NCBI GenBank assembly: GCA_016935095.1
Contig: JAFGRO010000029.1
Location: forward strand, 7,313 to 71,312
From: Candidatus Woesearchaeota archaeon
GTDB lineage: Archaea > Nanobdellota > Nanobdellia > Woesearchaeales > GW2011-AR15
Direction: 5' to 3'
DNA: 64,000 nt
Shown: one piece after another, positions 46,292-56,299 of the stretch
Layout: the number at the start of each line of letters is the position of its first letter
How positions within the stretch are numbered: position 1 is the stretch's first letter
Translations under genes and position numbers: made by a program
The notes under the pieces: model-generated
The model's input: the letters and a program-made list of their open reading frames with translations, nothing else
Database searches by the model: none
Told to the model about the DNA's origin: nothing

Positions 46292-47029
46292 GTGTTCAGT
46301 TTGGAGAGCTTTATAAGGGCGTCAGATATAATGTCAAAAAAGGTTTTTGTAGTTGATGCTAACTCCTCGGTTCTTGAAGCTGCAAAATTAATGACTAAAT
46401 ACAAAACCAGTTGTCTTATTACTATGAACAAGACCAAGCCTGCAGGTATTATTACTGAAAATGACATAACAAAATTCGCTTCAAGCAATAAAAATTCAGA
46501 ACAGGAGAAAATTTCATCAATCCTGTCTTCTCCTATTGTCATTGCAGAAGGAGATAACTCATTTTTTGAGGTTCTCAGCCTGATGAAGAAAAAAAAGTTA
46601 AAGAGAATCCCCATTGTTAAAAAAAACATGATTGTGGGCATAATCACTGAAACTGAGATTATAAAAGGCATAGTCTATATTAACCAAATCCTGAACAAAA
46701 CTCTCAGGGAAGGATATATCACTCCTGACCAGCATAAGAAGGGTGAAGAAGAGATTCTGAGGCATGTATTGGAAGAGGGACTGAGAAGAGAGCCGCCCTG
46801 GGTCAAAAAGGAAATTGATTTATTGAGAAGGATATATGAAGAGCAGGAAGAAGTAATTAAAAAAATCTCAAAATCAACCAGAAAATATTCCCTTACAGAA
46901 TGGAGAATGAACATATGGACTGAATGCAAATACAAAAAGGAGAAAATGAAAAATAATGAAATAATTTATATGTGCGATAAGTTAAATGGTTTCTGTGTCT
47001 ATAAAAACTGCCCTCTGAATAAAGGATGA
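46292..47029 (+). CDS. CBS-domain pair protein with C-terminal extension
   Basis: Two CBS-like repeats (VFVVDANSSVLEAAKLM... / IVIAEGDNSFFEVLSLM...RIPIV). Confidence 0.6.
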   Translation: MFSLESFIRASDIMSKKVFVVDANSSVLEAAKLMTKYKTSCLITMNKTKPAGIITENDITKFASSNKNSEQEKISSILSSPIVIAEGDNSFFEVLSLMKKKKLKRIPIVKKNMIVGIITETEIIKGIVYINQILNKTLREGYITPDQHKKGEEEILRHVLEEGLRREPPWVKKEIDLLRRIYEEQEEVIKKISKSTRKYSLTEWRMNIWTECKYKKEKMKNNEIIYMCDKLNGFCVYKNCPLNKG

Positions 47030-47055
47030 TTGCGGGCGAAAAATTCAATAATAGT

Positions 47056-48306
47056 TTACAGTTTTAATGCCCAGTCATAGAAATCATCCATTGTATCAAA
47101 TTCTGTAAATCCTTTTTCATCGACTGCCCCAAGTATTACTCTATATTTAGCAGGATAATTCCAGGCTCCAAAAAAATTAACAAACCAATTCCTGAATTTA
47201 TTTCTCCTTTCATTATAATTAATTTCTGTAATCACCAAATCTCTTTTATAATTGTTCTGGTCATATATGACAAACTCATTGTCAAATTTGCATAGCGTTG
47301 TTATGTGTGCAGGAATCAACAGATTATAACACTTTATGTCAGGATCATAATTTTTAAGAAGTGAAAGAAACGCAGTTGCCCAGTCCTCACAGTCAACCTG
47401 CAGTGTATCAAGTGTTTCATTAGGGTAACGGAAATATTCTTTTGATTTTGCAGATGTCGCATCATAAATATACATTTTGGCACTCATCATTTTATGAATT
47501 TTTGCAATTGCGTCATCATAATCATCGGGAAGGTTGATTTTTTCATTATAGAACCCTACATCCTGAGGCCTGATATAATTTGTGATTGCATAATCTGTTG
47601 CTCTTCTCGGGTTATATGAAAAATTATATTCATGCCATTGTCCTGTGAAATTACTTACATTACCTGTGAAATACCAGCAAAATTCATCACTGATCATTCC
47701 TGCATGTTCACAGCCTGTTATTATACCCTGAACACAGAAAACATCATTCTCATGGTCTGTAATAACAGTAGCACCTTCAAATTCAAATTCACCCGGCTTT
47801 GACTTATCTGTCTGGTAAGCTTTGTAATCATCCAATGAAAGAGTATATTCACTTTCTATTAAAATGCGTGAATACATATCATTTAATTTAAATGTGCCAT
47901 TTATTTTACAACCATATTTTTTATCTCTAATTGAAAAAGTGAATTCTTCTGGAGGAGTTTCGCAGTCATCCGGACAATCTGCATATGTCTCGTTCTCTTC
48001 ACAGATACTATTGCCACAACAGGGAACGATGTCTTTGTATATGCATTTATAACCGGTTTTTTCAGAACATGATGCAGTCATGCATTTTTCATTTACACAG
48101 TTTTCAGGACATTTCCCAGCTGGTTTTGCATCGTTAATATATTTTTCATCATTATTTTCAGGGATATTTGTTTTTTCAATAGATTTATCAGATGATTGAT
48201 TATGATTAATGCAGGAAACGACTAGTATAAGAAAAACAAATGCCAGGATTATTTTAACAGGTTTCATTAAAACAAGGTAATGATAATTTATATTTAAATA
48301 ATTCAC
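47056..48306 (-). CDS. Secreted Cys-rich protein with possible transglutaminase-like (Cys-His-Asp) core
   Basis: Signal/TM at N-terminus; DCEDWATAFLSLLKNY ... PAHITT ... YDQN pattern. Confidence 0.3.
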   Translation of the reverse strand: MNYLNINYHYLVLMKPVKIILAFVFLILVVSCINHNQSSDKSIEKTNIPENNDEKYINDAKPAGKCPENCVNEKCMTASCSEKTGYKCIYKDIVPCCGNSICEENETYADCPDDCETPPEEFTFSIRDKKYGCKINGTFKLNDMYSRILIESEYTLSLDDYKAYQTDKSKPGEFEFEGATVITDHENDVFCVQGIITGCEHAGMISDEFCWYFTGNVSNFTGQWHEYNFSYNPRRATDYAITNYIRPQDVGFYNEKINLPDDYDDAIAKIHKMMSAKMYIYDATSAKSKEYFRYPNETLDTLQVDCEDWATAFLSLLKNYDPDIKCYNLLIPAHITTLCKFDNEFVIYDQNNYKRDLVITEINYNERRNKFRNWFVNFFGAWNYPAKYRVILGAVDEKGFTEFDTMDDFYDWALKL

Positions 48307-48429
48307 TGCATCAAATTCAATTATTCTCCTGCTTACATCATGGATTAATACATCATAGTTTTCTATTTCAAGGTCTCTGATAGTGAAAAAACAAAAATTT
48401 TAAATAGTTTATCTGAGTTATACTATTTT

Positions 48430-48981
48430 ATGGCAAGTCCAAGCAAAGAAGAAAACATATTAAAGGTTATTTTAGAAAATAGCCCTTTAAAGCATTGGAG
48501 ATTTAAAGAATTATTAAAAGAAACAAGAATTAGTAGAAGAGCATTAAATAAATGGCTTAATAAATATGTAAAAAAGGGATTATTAATCCATGTTAATGAA
48601 AAAGGTAAATTTCCATATTTTACATGTGGAAAAGATAATGTAATTTATCAAATTAGGAAAAAACAATTCATGCTTAATAAACTGTATAATTGCGGATTAA
48701 TTTCAGAATTATTAAAAAATGAAAAAATTAAAATAGCAATTATTTTTGGGAGTTCAATCAGAGGAGACTGGTATAAAGACTCTGACATTGATGTTTTTAT
48801 TTATGGAAATCTAGGAAAAATTGAAAAAAATAAATGCGAGAAAAAGCTTAAAAAAGATATTGAATTACATGTGTTTAAGGATAAAAAAGAAATTGACAAT
48901 GTAAAAACAGGATTAATTAAAAACATTATTAATGGATATGTCGTTAAGGGAAATATTAATCAAATTGCAAAGGTAGCTTAA
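48430..48981 (+). CDS. wHTH-fused minimal nucleotidyltransferase (MNT-like)
   Basis: IAIIFGSSIRGDWYKDSDIDVFIY = GSx10DxD NTase signature; N-terminal HTH-like region. Confidence 0.55.
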   Translation: MASPSKEENILKVILENSPLKHWRFKELLKETRISRRALNKWLNKYVKKGLLIHVNEKGKFPYFTCGKDNVIYQIRKKQFMLNKLYNCGLISELLKNEKIKIAIIFGSSIRGDWYKDSDIDVFIYGNLGKIEKNKCEKKLKKDIELHVFKDKKEIDNVKTGLIKNIINGYVVKGNINQIAKVA

Positions 48982-48982
48982 A

Positions 48983-49462
48983 ATGAAAATTGATATTGAT
49001 GATTTAGAGGAAACTTATAAAAAATGTGAAGCTTCTGGTTTTATTAAAGAGAAAAATGAAATTAATATTGAATTAATTAAATCTCTTAAAAAAGTTGCTG
49101 AATCAGGGCTTGATTTTATTAAGGATAAATCAAAAACTATTAAAAAAGACAGTACAGGCTGGACTTTTGTTTTTAGAGACTATTATGAATCATTAAGGGG
49201 ATTGATTGATGCTTATTTGTTGTTTGACAGAATTGAAGCTGACAGGCACCAATGCAAAAACGCTTACTTGTGTCATAAATATCCTGAGCTGGAGTTAAAC
49301 TGGGAGTTTTTAGAGACTGTAAGACTCAAAAGAAACAGGATTAATTATAGAGGAGAAACATTGAATTATAATGATTGGCAGCAATTTAGACTACAGTTTA
49401 CGCTACATATTAATAAGCTGAAAGAAGAACTTAATAAAAAATTGGAAGAGATTGAACTATAA
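48983..49462 (+). CDS. Putative HEPN-like partner of the upstream MNT (motif degenerate)
   Basis: Starts 2 nt after MNT stop; all-helical; RLKRNRINY resembles Rx4-6H with H replaced. Confidence 0.3.
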   Translation: MKIDIDDLEETYKKCEASGFIKEKNEINIELIKSLKKVAESGLDFIKDKSKTIKKDSTGWTFVFRDYYESLRGLIDAYLLFDRIEADRHQCKNAYLCHKYPELELNWEFLETVRLKRNRINYRGETLNYNDWQQFRLQFTLHINKLKEELNKKLEEIEL

Positions 49463-49478
49463 CTAAAAGTTGGAAAAC

Positions 49479-49673
49479 TCATTTCTTCTTTTTTTTCAAT
49501 TCCTTCCTAAATTCTGGAATTTTTGATTTTTCAATCTCTGGAAACAAACCTCTATTTTCACAGTTTTTACAATAATCCGGCATAGTCATATGAATGTCTC
49601 TTCCAGCAGGAGGAATAGTATTATTAGTGCTTCCGCATTTTGGGCAGATTTTAACATATATTTTGTTCTTCAT
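49479..49673 (-). CDS. Small zinc-ribbon protein
   Basis: CPKCGS...CKNCEN, lysine-rich tail. Confidence 0.35.
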   Translation of the reverse strand: MKNKIYVKICPKCGSTNNTIPPAGRDIHMTMPDYCKNCENRGLFPEIEKSKIPEFRKELKKKKK

Positions 49674-49867
49674 TTTACATTATCAAGAAATCATTATATT
49701 TAATTCTTTCCAAGAAGAGATTAATTAATAGTGTGGGAGGGTATCTCTAAATATGCATTATAAAATTTTACAATCTCAAAATAATTTATATACTACAATC
49801 ATATTTCTAATATATATGGTAAAATGGTTTACTGAAATTAAGAAAAAGAAATAATTTTATCCTTCTC

Positions 49868-50680
49868 TCACTCAACCAGCGGTATCTCTCCGCCATACAA
49901 TGCTTTGAATTGTCCTTTTTTGAAATCAAGTGTGAAGACATTGTGGTTGCAGCTTGTTCCTCTCATCTTTACAACAGAGATTTCTCTTGTTACTTTCCTG
50001 TGCCTTTCTGTAAGGAATAATACAATTACACCGTCTGCAAGAAAATCCTCTACTTCAAAATCTGCGTATTTCATCCTGTCAAGGTGCATCTCTGAAATCA
50101 TTAAAGAAGTAATGCCCATATCCCTGAATGTCTCAAAAATAAAGAATATCTTTTTTCTCGGTTCCTTGAAATCCGCATGAATGTATAATGCTGAAAGCGA
50201 GTCTATAACCAGCAATTTAAGCTCAATTATGGACTTAATGCGCTTGGCTATATTTTCAATTGCGTTTACCCAATCGCCAGATTTAGACCTTGCTTTCTGC
50301 AGTTCTTTTCTTACTGCAGAGATATCTATAAAAAAAATAGTGCCTTTTTTCTCTTTTTTAAGCTTGGTAAGTTCAGAGCTTATAGAAGACAGGTCTGTAA
50401 TTACAATAAAATTCACTTTTGACAGGTCATACCCCAGGTTGAATATATGGTGCAGAAAATTTTCATGCGGCTGCTCCAGTGAAAAATATATTGAGCTGTT
50501 CCCTTTAAGAGCCTCGTTATAAAGTATATTGAAGCTGACAGTTGATTTCATTGTGCCTGCTGAACCGCATAGCAGAACAACATGCCCCTCGGGAATGCCT
50601 CCTTCAATCTGGTCATCCAAACCCTTGATATAAAGCGGAATCCTTGTTTTCTGGTATTCTTTTTCAGAAGTAATTTTCAT
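49868..50680 (-). CDS. KaiC/RadA-like RecA-superfamily ATPase
   Basis: GGIPEGHVVLLCGSAGTMKSTVSFN Walker A in KaiC-like context; 270 aa. Confidence 0.6.
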   Translation of the reverse strand: MKITSEKEYQKTRIPLYIKGLDDQIEGGIPEGHVVLLCGSAGTMKSTVSFNILYNEALKGNSSIYFSLEQPHENFLHHIFNLGYDLSKVNFIVITDLSSISSELTKLKKEKKGTIFFIDISAVRKELQKARSKSGDWVNAIENIAKRIKSIIELKLLVIDSLSALYIHADFKEPRKKIFFIFETFRDMGITSLMISEMHLDRMKYADFEVEDFLADGVIVLFLTERHRKVTREISVVKMRGTSCNHNVFTLDFKKGQFKALYGGEIPLVE

Positions 50681-50706
50681 CTTTTATCACCTTCATATAA
50701 TCTAAA

Positions 50707-52023
50707 TTATTTTTTCTTTTTAATTTTTGTTAATTTATTCTTAATCCTTTCAAGCTTTTCAATATATTCCTTGTCAACATCTTTATGGTCCTGCTTTGCA
50801 GGTTTTTTGTCCTTTTCTGAAACAGATTTTGACAATTTAAGCGTAAATATAATTGATGTCCCTTTTCCTATACCAGGGCTTTCGGCCCATATCTTGCCCT
50901 CATGCTTCTCAATAATGCGCCTGCATATGCTCAGGCCGAGACCGCTTCCCTTATGGTGCCTGGACGAATCTGCCTTATAGAATTCCTCAAATATCTTGTC
51001 AATATGATCCTTGCCTATGCCCTGACCGTTGTCTTTTACTGTAAACTGCAGGAAATTGCCTGTCTCTTTGGCAGAAAATGTCATTGTTCCACCTTTTTTC
51101 ATGAATTTTGTGGAATTCATAACAAGATTCTCCAGAACTTCTGTTATTTTCAACCTGTCAATATGAACAGTTGGTGTGTTTTTAGATACCTTGTTTACAA
51201 AGTTCAGCTTCAGCTTTTTAAAAGTGATTTTATTATTTTTTATAATATTCTGAGTGATATCATACATGCTGGAATCCTCAAAATTAAACTCAATTTTATT
51301 ATTATCAATCCTCGCTAATTTCAATATATCCTCAACCAGGTTCTTGAGATAATTGGCATTGTTCTCTATGACTTCCATGTCTTTTAGGATACTCTTTGAT
51401 TTAATCTCCTCTTTCATTGACTGGACAAGGTATGTTATCGGCGTCAGCGGGGTTCTCAGGTCATGCGCAAGTTCATTAATAAACTGGTTTTTACGCTCAA
51501 GAAGCAGTTTTATCTCCTCATTGGCTTTTAACAGCTGCGAGGTTCTTTCATTAACCTTTGCCTCTAATTTTTTGTTAAAGTCCTGGAGCTGGTCCTTCAT
51601 TTTTTTTAATTCCTGATTTTGCTCCGCAAGCTTTAACTCCATTAGTCTTTTTTCTGTATAATCCTCAACAGCCGCTAAAGATAACTCATCATCAAACATT
51701 GCATCAATCCATAATCTCACATAACGCTTTGTGCCCTTTTTTGTAACCAGGACAACATCATGTGCATCCGACTCTTTGAAGAACCCGAACTCAATTAGTG
51801 AAAATTTTTGTTTTTCCTCTTCTGTTTCGGGGTGAAAAATCTCTGAAAAGTTCCTGTTCAGTATTTTATTTTTTTCATAGCCCACTATTTCAGTAAACTT
51901 AGTGTTAAAGGCAATAATCCTGCCTGATTTATCAGAAATGAACAAAGGCATGATATTATGTTTAAACAGCCTTTCATACATACTTTTAGAAAATTCAAAG
52001 GTTTTTTTTTCCATATTTATCAA
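50707..52023 (-). CDS. PAS-domain sensor histidine kinase
   Basis: H-box ELAHDLRTPLT; HATPase N/G boxes VKDNGQGIGKDHIDKIFEEFYKAD...GSGLGLSICRRII. Confidence 0.8.
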   Translation of the reverse strand: MINMEKKTFEFSKSMYERLFKHNIMPLFISDKSGRIIAFNTKFTEIVGYEKNKILNRNFSEIFHPETEEEKQKFSLIEFGFFKESDAHDVVLVTKKGTKRYVRLWIDAMFDDELSLAAVEDYTEKRLMELKLAEQNQELKKMKDQLQDFNKKLEAKVNERTSQLLKANEEIKLLLERKNQFINELAHDLRTPLTPITYLVQSMKEEIKSKSILKDMEVIENNANYLKNLVEDILKLARIDNNKIEFNFEDSSMYDITQNIIKNNKITFKKLKLNFVNKVSKNTPTVHIDRLKITEVLENLVMNSTKFMKKGGTMTFSAKETGNFLQFTVKDNGQGIGKDHIDKIFEEFYKADSSRHHKGSGLGLSICRRIIEKHEGKIWAESPGIGKGTSIIFTLKLSKSVSEKDKKPAKQDHKDVDKEYIEKLERIKNKLTKIKKKK

Positions 52024-52031
52024 AAAAAAAA

Positions 52032-52433
52032 TTAAATTTTAGCCCTCAAGAGCTTATTAAATTTGAAAAACCCGACTGAAATAATTAGAAACGCAATAGT
52101 TATGATTATCCTTTCAATCAGATAAACATAAGTATAATCTGATTTCCAACCCATTCCCTGTGAAATAAAATACAACAAGTTAAGGATTGAATTAAACAAA
52201 AACAAGCCTATTGTAACATATATCAGCCTCACTATCTTGTTTTTTCTTGTTATATTAAGAAATTTGACTAAGTTTGCGGATATAATGATCACAAGAAGAG
52301 ATTCTATACCCAGAATAAGGATTGAAAAATTATTCAGAAACGCTGATTCCGAAACCTGCAAAAATGCCAGTGCAGAAGAAGCCAGGACTATGAAAAAACA
52401 AAAAGGAACAAGTAATTTCTTCATATCAATCAC
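52032..52433 (-). CDS. Small membrane protein (4 TM) between HK and RR
   Basis: Hydrophobic profile; overlaps RR stop by 4 nt. Confidence 0.35.
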   Translation of the reverse strand: MIDMKKLLVPFCFFIVLASSALAFLQVSESAFLNNFSILILGIESLLVIIISANLVKFLNITRKNKIVRLIYVTIGLFLFNSILNLLYFISQGMGWKSDYTYVYLIERIIITIAFLIISVGFFKFNKLLRAKI

Positions 52434-52900
52434 CCTCTTTTTTTAAGAGTTTTATCTATCCTCTTAATTAACAAGTTGATATCAACCGGCTTTATAATAT
52501 AATCCTCAACAGAGATGCTTGCTACAGTCTGGGTCAATTTATCATCTTTTGCTGTCAGGAATATTACAGGAATATTCTGCCATGCCTTGTTTTCGTGAAT
52601 CTTTTCAACAACATCCCAGCCATCCATTTCAGGCATCATTATATCCAGTAAAATAAGGTCCGGCTTTTCTTTCTTCAGGAGCTCAAGGCCCTTTTTTCCG
52701 GAATTTGCCTTAATTACAGAATATTTTGTCTTCTTAGTCAAGAGTTTCTCAACACTATAGAGAATATCTTCATCATCGTCAACAATCATTATCTTCGGAA
52801 TTTTTACCACCTCATTAAATTTTATAATCCAAACATAATCATTCAAAATTATAAATCTTTCGTTTTTGCAAACAAAAAAAATATAAATACCGTTGCGCAA
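52430..52900 (-). CDS. Response regulator receiver domain protein (CheY-like)
   Basis: KIMIVDDDEDIL...DLILLDIMMPEMDGWDV...KPV. Confidence 0.75.
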   Translation of the reverse strand: MRNGIYIFFVCKNERFIILNDYVWIIKFNEVVKIPKIMIVDDDEDILYSVEKLLTKKTKYSVIKANSGKKGLELLKKEKPDLILLDIMMPEMDGWDVVEKIHENKAWQNIPVIFLTAKDDKLTQTVASISVEDYIIKPVDINLLIKRIDKTLKKRG

Positions 52901-52914
52901 TTAAAAAAATAAAA

Positions 52915-53454
52915 ATGTTAGAAATTATTTCTGGAGCTGTTATAGGGATCGGCACAGGGATAGCACTGGGAAAATACTCCTGCCAAAAGATCATTTTTCC
53001 AAAGGCTCCGCCAAGAGGAAAAGAAGGCGGTCTAAATTATCTTAAGTACAATAAAAGATGCAACTATATAAAGGGATTTTCTGAAGAGATAAGAGCATTG
53101 ATAACAAACTTCATTTTTATCCTGGAAAAGATTAACACAATAAATGTATCTGTCCAGTTAAATGAATGCTTATCACCTTATTTCAATTCAATAGATTCTT
53201 CTTTATATAAGATAAAAACATATTATGAACCCATGCAGAAGATTTATTTGGCAGATACAGGCCTGGAAAAATTCACAAAAAAGATAAACCGCTCAATAAA
53301 GAAAATCAGCAGCAGTCTTAATATGCTCAAAGAAGAAGGAACTGACAAAGACCTGCTTTCCAATGAAATTAAATCTGTATTGCAGCCTTTAATCGGATAT
53401 TATTCTGGTTTTTCAGATACAATTACTGATACTAAAACATTATTATGGCTCTAA
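52915..53454 (+). CDS. Hypothetical protein
   Basis: ORF only. Confidence 0.3.
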   Translation: MLEIISGAVIGIGTGIALGKYSCQKIIFPKAPPRGKEGGLNYLKYNKRCNYIKGFSEEIRALITNFIFILEKINTINVSVQLNECLSPYFNSIDSSLYKIKTYYEPMQKIYLADTGLEKFTKKINRSIKKISSSLNMLKEEGTDKDLLSNEIKSVLQPLIGYYSGFSDTITDTKTLLWL

Positions 53455-53457
53455 AAA

Positions 53458-53922
53458 ATGATTGACTTATTAACTGCTATGTACATTGGGTTTGGCGGCT
53501 CTTTTTTAGGTTCTATAGTCCTATATACCCTGAATATGAAATTATTTGCCAACAAAGACGTGGTCTTAAAAAGAAGACTAAACCTGTTTGAAGATATTGT
53601 CAAGAGTCTGCATGAATTTGCCCTTGCTTCAAATCCTATTGTAAAGGATAATGAGACTTCTGAACGTTCATTAAAAGGGATTGATGAAAAATTCCTTAAA
53701 ATTTCCGGCTTCTATAACATCAACTATGATTTTTATAAAATAAACAGGAAATATAAGAACAGGATAGAAAAAATCCTTGACCTTGCTGTTGCGCTTCACA
53801 GCAACATTGCAAATAAAAAAGTTTATTTAGATGAAAATAAAATGATCTTACAGAATATCAAAGACAAGATTTGGGCTCTTACTGATAAATTAAAAACCGA
53901 TAGAGATTTATTCGAGCTATAA
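53458..53922 (+). CDS. Hypothetical protein with N-terminal TM
   Basis: ORF only. Confidence 0.3.
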   Translation: MIDLLTAMYIGFGGSFLGSIVLYTLNMKLFANKDVVLKRRLNLFEDIVKSLHEFALASNPIVKDNETSERSLKGIDEKFLKISGFYNINYDFYKINRKYKNRIEKILDLAVALHSNIANKKVYLDENKMILQNIKDKIWALTDKLKTDRDLFEL

Positions 53923-54746
53923 TGGATAAGGAAACTGTAACTAAATTCATGTCTGATGTACCTGCTGAATTAGTCTTCAGGACATCAAATAGTGAAATCA
54001 GTAATCTCCGCGAACTGATAGTCCATTTAAAAACACAAGGAGAAAATTTCTTTAATTTTCATGTGACTCAGGATAAGAATGATTTTGCAAACTGGATAAG
54101 GGATGTTATCCAGGATAAAGAATTAGCCAATGGGCTTTTCCCTATTAAAAGTTATAATAAAACAATTAATTTTATTGAAGAGAGAATTAATTATCTTGAA
54201 AACTATGAAAGCAGGGAAACCCTTTTTAAGAATTTAACTGATTTATCATTGAAGGGGGAACTTTCATCTGATTATTTTTTTAATATGCTCGGTTCAAAAG
54301 ACATATTTACAAATTTTTTAAATTTCCACCATCATACGTTCGAAGACAAATTAAATCATAATGAAATACTAAAATTTATAATTGGAAACGAATCCCTGCA
54401 AAAAAGAGATGAATTATCAATTTTTGAAAATAAAAATATCAATGAATTATTGTCAAAGGAAGCAGCTCTTTCCACTAGAAGAATAATCAGTTCCCCTAAA
54501 CATATTGAAAACAAAGAGCTGATAGCATATCTGGAAAAAACAAACCTGGCTTATGAGCAGCTGAATTCTGTTCTGGAAACTAAAAAAGAAAGTAAAAAGC
54601 AAGGTAAACAAAATGTATTTCTCAATAAATTTAATAAAGATTTTTTTTCAAATGTAAAAATAAATTTAAATGTCAAAGAGAATATAAACAGAATAACTAA
54701 TAAATTCTGTGATATATTATACAGTGTTCAGAAATATGAAAAATAG
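53922..54746 (+). CDS. Hypothetical protein
   Basis: ORF only. Confidence 0.3.
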   Translation: MDKETVTKFMSDVPAELVFRTSNSEISNLRELIVHLKTQGENFFNFHVTQDKNDFANWIRDVIQDKELANGLFPIKSYNKTINFIEERINYLENYESRETLFKNLTDLSLKGELSSDYFFNMLGSKDIFTNFLNFHHHTFEDKLNHNEILKFIIGNESLQKRDELSIFENKNINELLSKEAALSTRRIISSPKHIENKELIAYLEKTNLAYEQLNSVLETKKESKKQGKQNVFLNKFNKDFFSNVKINLNVKENINRITNKFCDILYSVQKYEK

Positions 54747-55395
54747 AACTAAGATTGCACCTTCGATTTTATCTGCGGATTTTTCAAAACTTAAAGATGA
54801 GATTAAATCCATTGAGCCGTATTGTGACCTGCTGCATGTAGATGTAATGGACGGTCATTTCGTGCCCAATATTACAATCGGCCCGTGTGTTGTCAAAAGT
54901 ATAAGAAAAATCTCGAAATTAGAGTTCGATGTCCATTTAATGATATCCGAACCTGAAAAATATATTGAGAGTTTTGCAAAAGCAGGCGCTGATATAATTA
55001 CTGTGCATTCTGAAGTAAAATATCCATTACTGAAATTAATCAAAGAGATTAAGAAATACGGGAAAAAAGCAGGTGTTTCCATGAACCCTGATACTGAGAT
55101 TGACAGTATAATGCCCTATATCAAAGATTTAGATTTAATTCTGGTTATGAGTGTTTTTCCCGGGTTCGGGGGCCAGAAATTCATGCCAGAGGTTCTGGAA
55201 AAAGTGAAAATGCTTGCAAACGCGAGAAATATTAACCGCACAAAAAATCTTTTAATTGAAATTGACGGCGGCATTAATGAAAAAACAGCCAAACTTGCTG
55301 TTAAAGCCGGTGTTGATATCCTTGTAGCAGGGAGCTATATTTTCAGGAGTGACAATAGAGAAAAAGCAATTGAAAGTCTAAAAAAGGCTCAATAA
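54709..55395 (+). CDS. rpe: Ribulose-phosphate 3-epimerase (true start probably internal Met near 54736)
   Basis: IAPSILSADFSKL...DLLHVDVMDGHFVPNITIGP...GFGGQKF classic Rpe motifs. Confidence 0.85.
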   Translation: MIYYTVFRNMKNRTKIAPSILSADFSKLKDEIKSIEPYCDLLHVDVMDGHFVPNITIGPCVVKSIRKISKLEFDVHLMISEPEKYIESFAKAGADIITVHSEVKYPLLKLIKEIKKYGKKAGVSMNPDTEIDSIMPYIKDLDLILVMSVFPGFGGQKFMPEVLEKVKMLANARNINRTKNLLIEIDGGINEKTAKLAVKAGVDILVAGSYIFRSDNREKAIESLKKAQ

Positions 55396-55441
55396 AAAAT
55401 AAAAATCATGGCTTTTTCTTTTTTTCAATCAATGAGGTGGT

Positions 55442-56089
55442 TTGATGAAAGTCCTTAATATTAATAATGTAAAATTAAAATGGCTTGGCCAGTCCTCTTT
55501 TAAATTAGAATATGGAGATTTAAAAATCTATATTGACCCATACCAGCTCTCTGAAGAGGACAAAGCAGATATTATTTTAATAACGCACGGCCATTATGAC
55601 CATTGCAGCATTGCCGATATTGCAAAGCTGACAAAAGCAGAGACAAAAATTATTACAACACCGGACACAACTTCAAAGCTGGCATCAAAAGTTGAAGGCG
55701 GCAATCCAATCCTCATTAAGCCGGGAGACAAGCTGGAGCTAAAAAAAGAGGATATTCTTGTTGAGGCTGTTCCTGCGTATAATACCAACAAGGCATTTCA
55801 CCCAAAGGACAACCAGTGGGTCGGCTATATTCTTACAATCAATAAGGTAAGATTCTACCACAGCGGGGACAGTGATGCTATCCCTGAAATGAATACAATT
55901 AAAGCGGATATTGTAATGCTGCCTGTCGGCGGCACATATACAATGAATGCTGGTGAAGCTGCTAAAATTGTTAATATAATAAAACCCAGGATTGCAATAC
56001 CTATGCATTATGGAAAAATAGTAGGCAGTAAAACAGATGCTGAAAGATTTAAAGAATTATGCCAATGTGAAGTCAGGATATTGGATTAA
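55442..56089 (+). CDS. MBL-fold metallo-hydrolase
   Basis: ILITHGHYDHCS (HxHxDH). Confidence 0.7.
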   Translation: MMKVLNINNVKLKWLGQSSFKLEYGDLKIYIDPYQLSEEDKADIILITHGHYDHCSIADIAKLTKAETKIITTPDTTSKLASKVEGGNPILIKPGDKLELKKEDILVEAVPAYNTNKAFHPKDNQWVGYILTINKVRFYHSGDSDAIPEMNTIKADIVMLPVGGTYTMNAGEAAKIVNIIKPRIAIPMHYGKIVGSKTDAERFKELCQCEVRILD

Positions 56090-56299
56090 GATACTCTTCC
56101 AAGCATTAAGTTCTGCTCCTGCCATTCCCACATTGAAGTAACTTTTAAAGTACACCATTTTTTTCCTTCCCAGAAGACACTGCACTTCCTGCCTAATTTT
56201 TCCCATTTAAAGCATCCTTTGCAGATTTCATTAACAGGTTCGCCATGAGATGCGGGTTTTTTCTTATGGGATTTTGATTTTTTCATTGTTTTAAGATTA

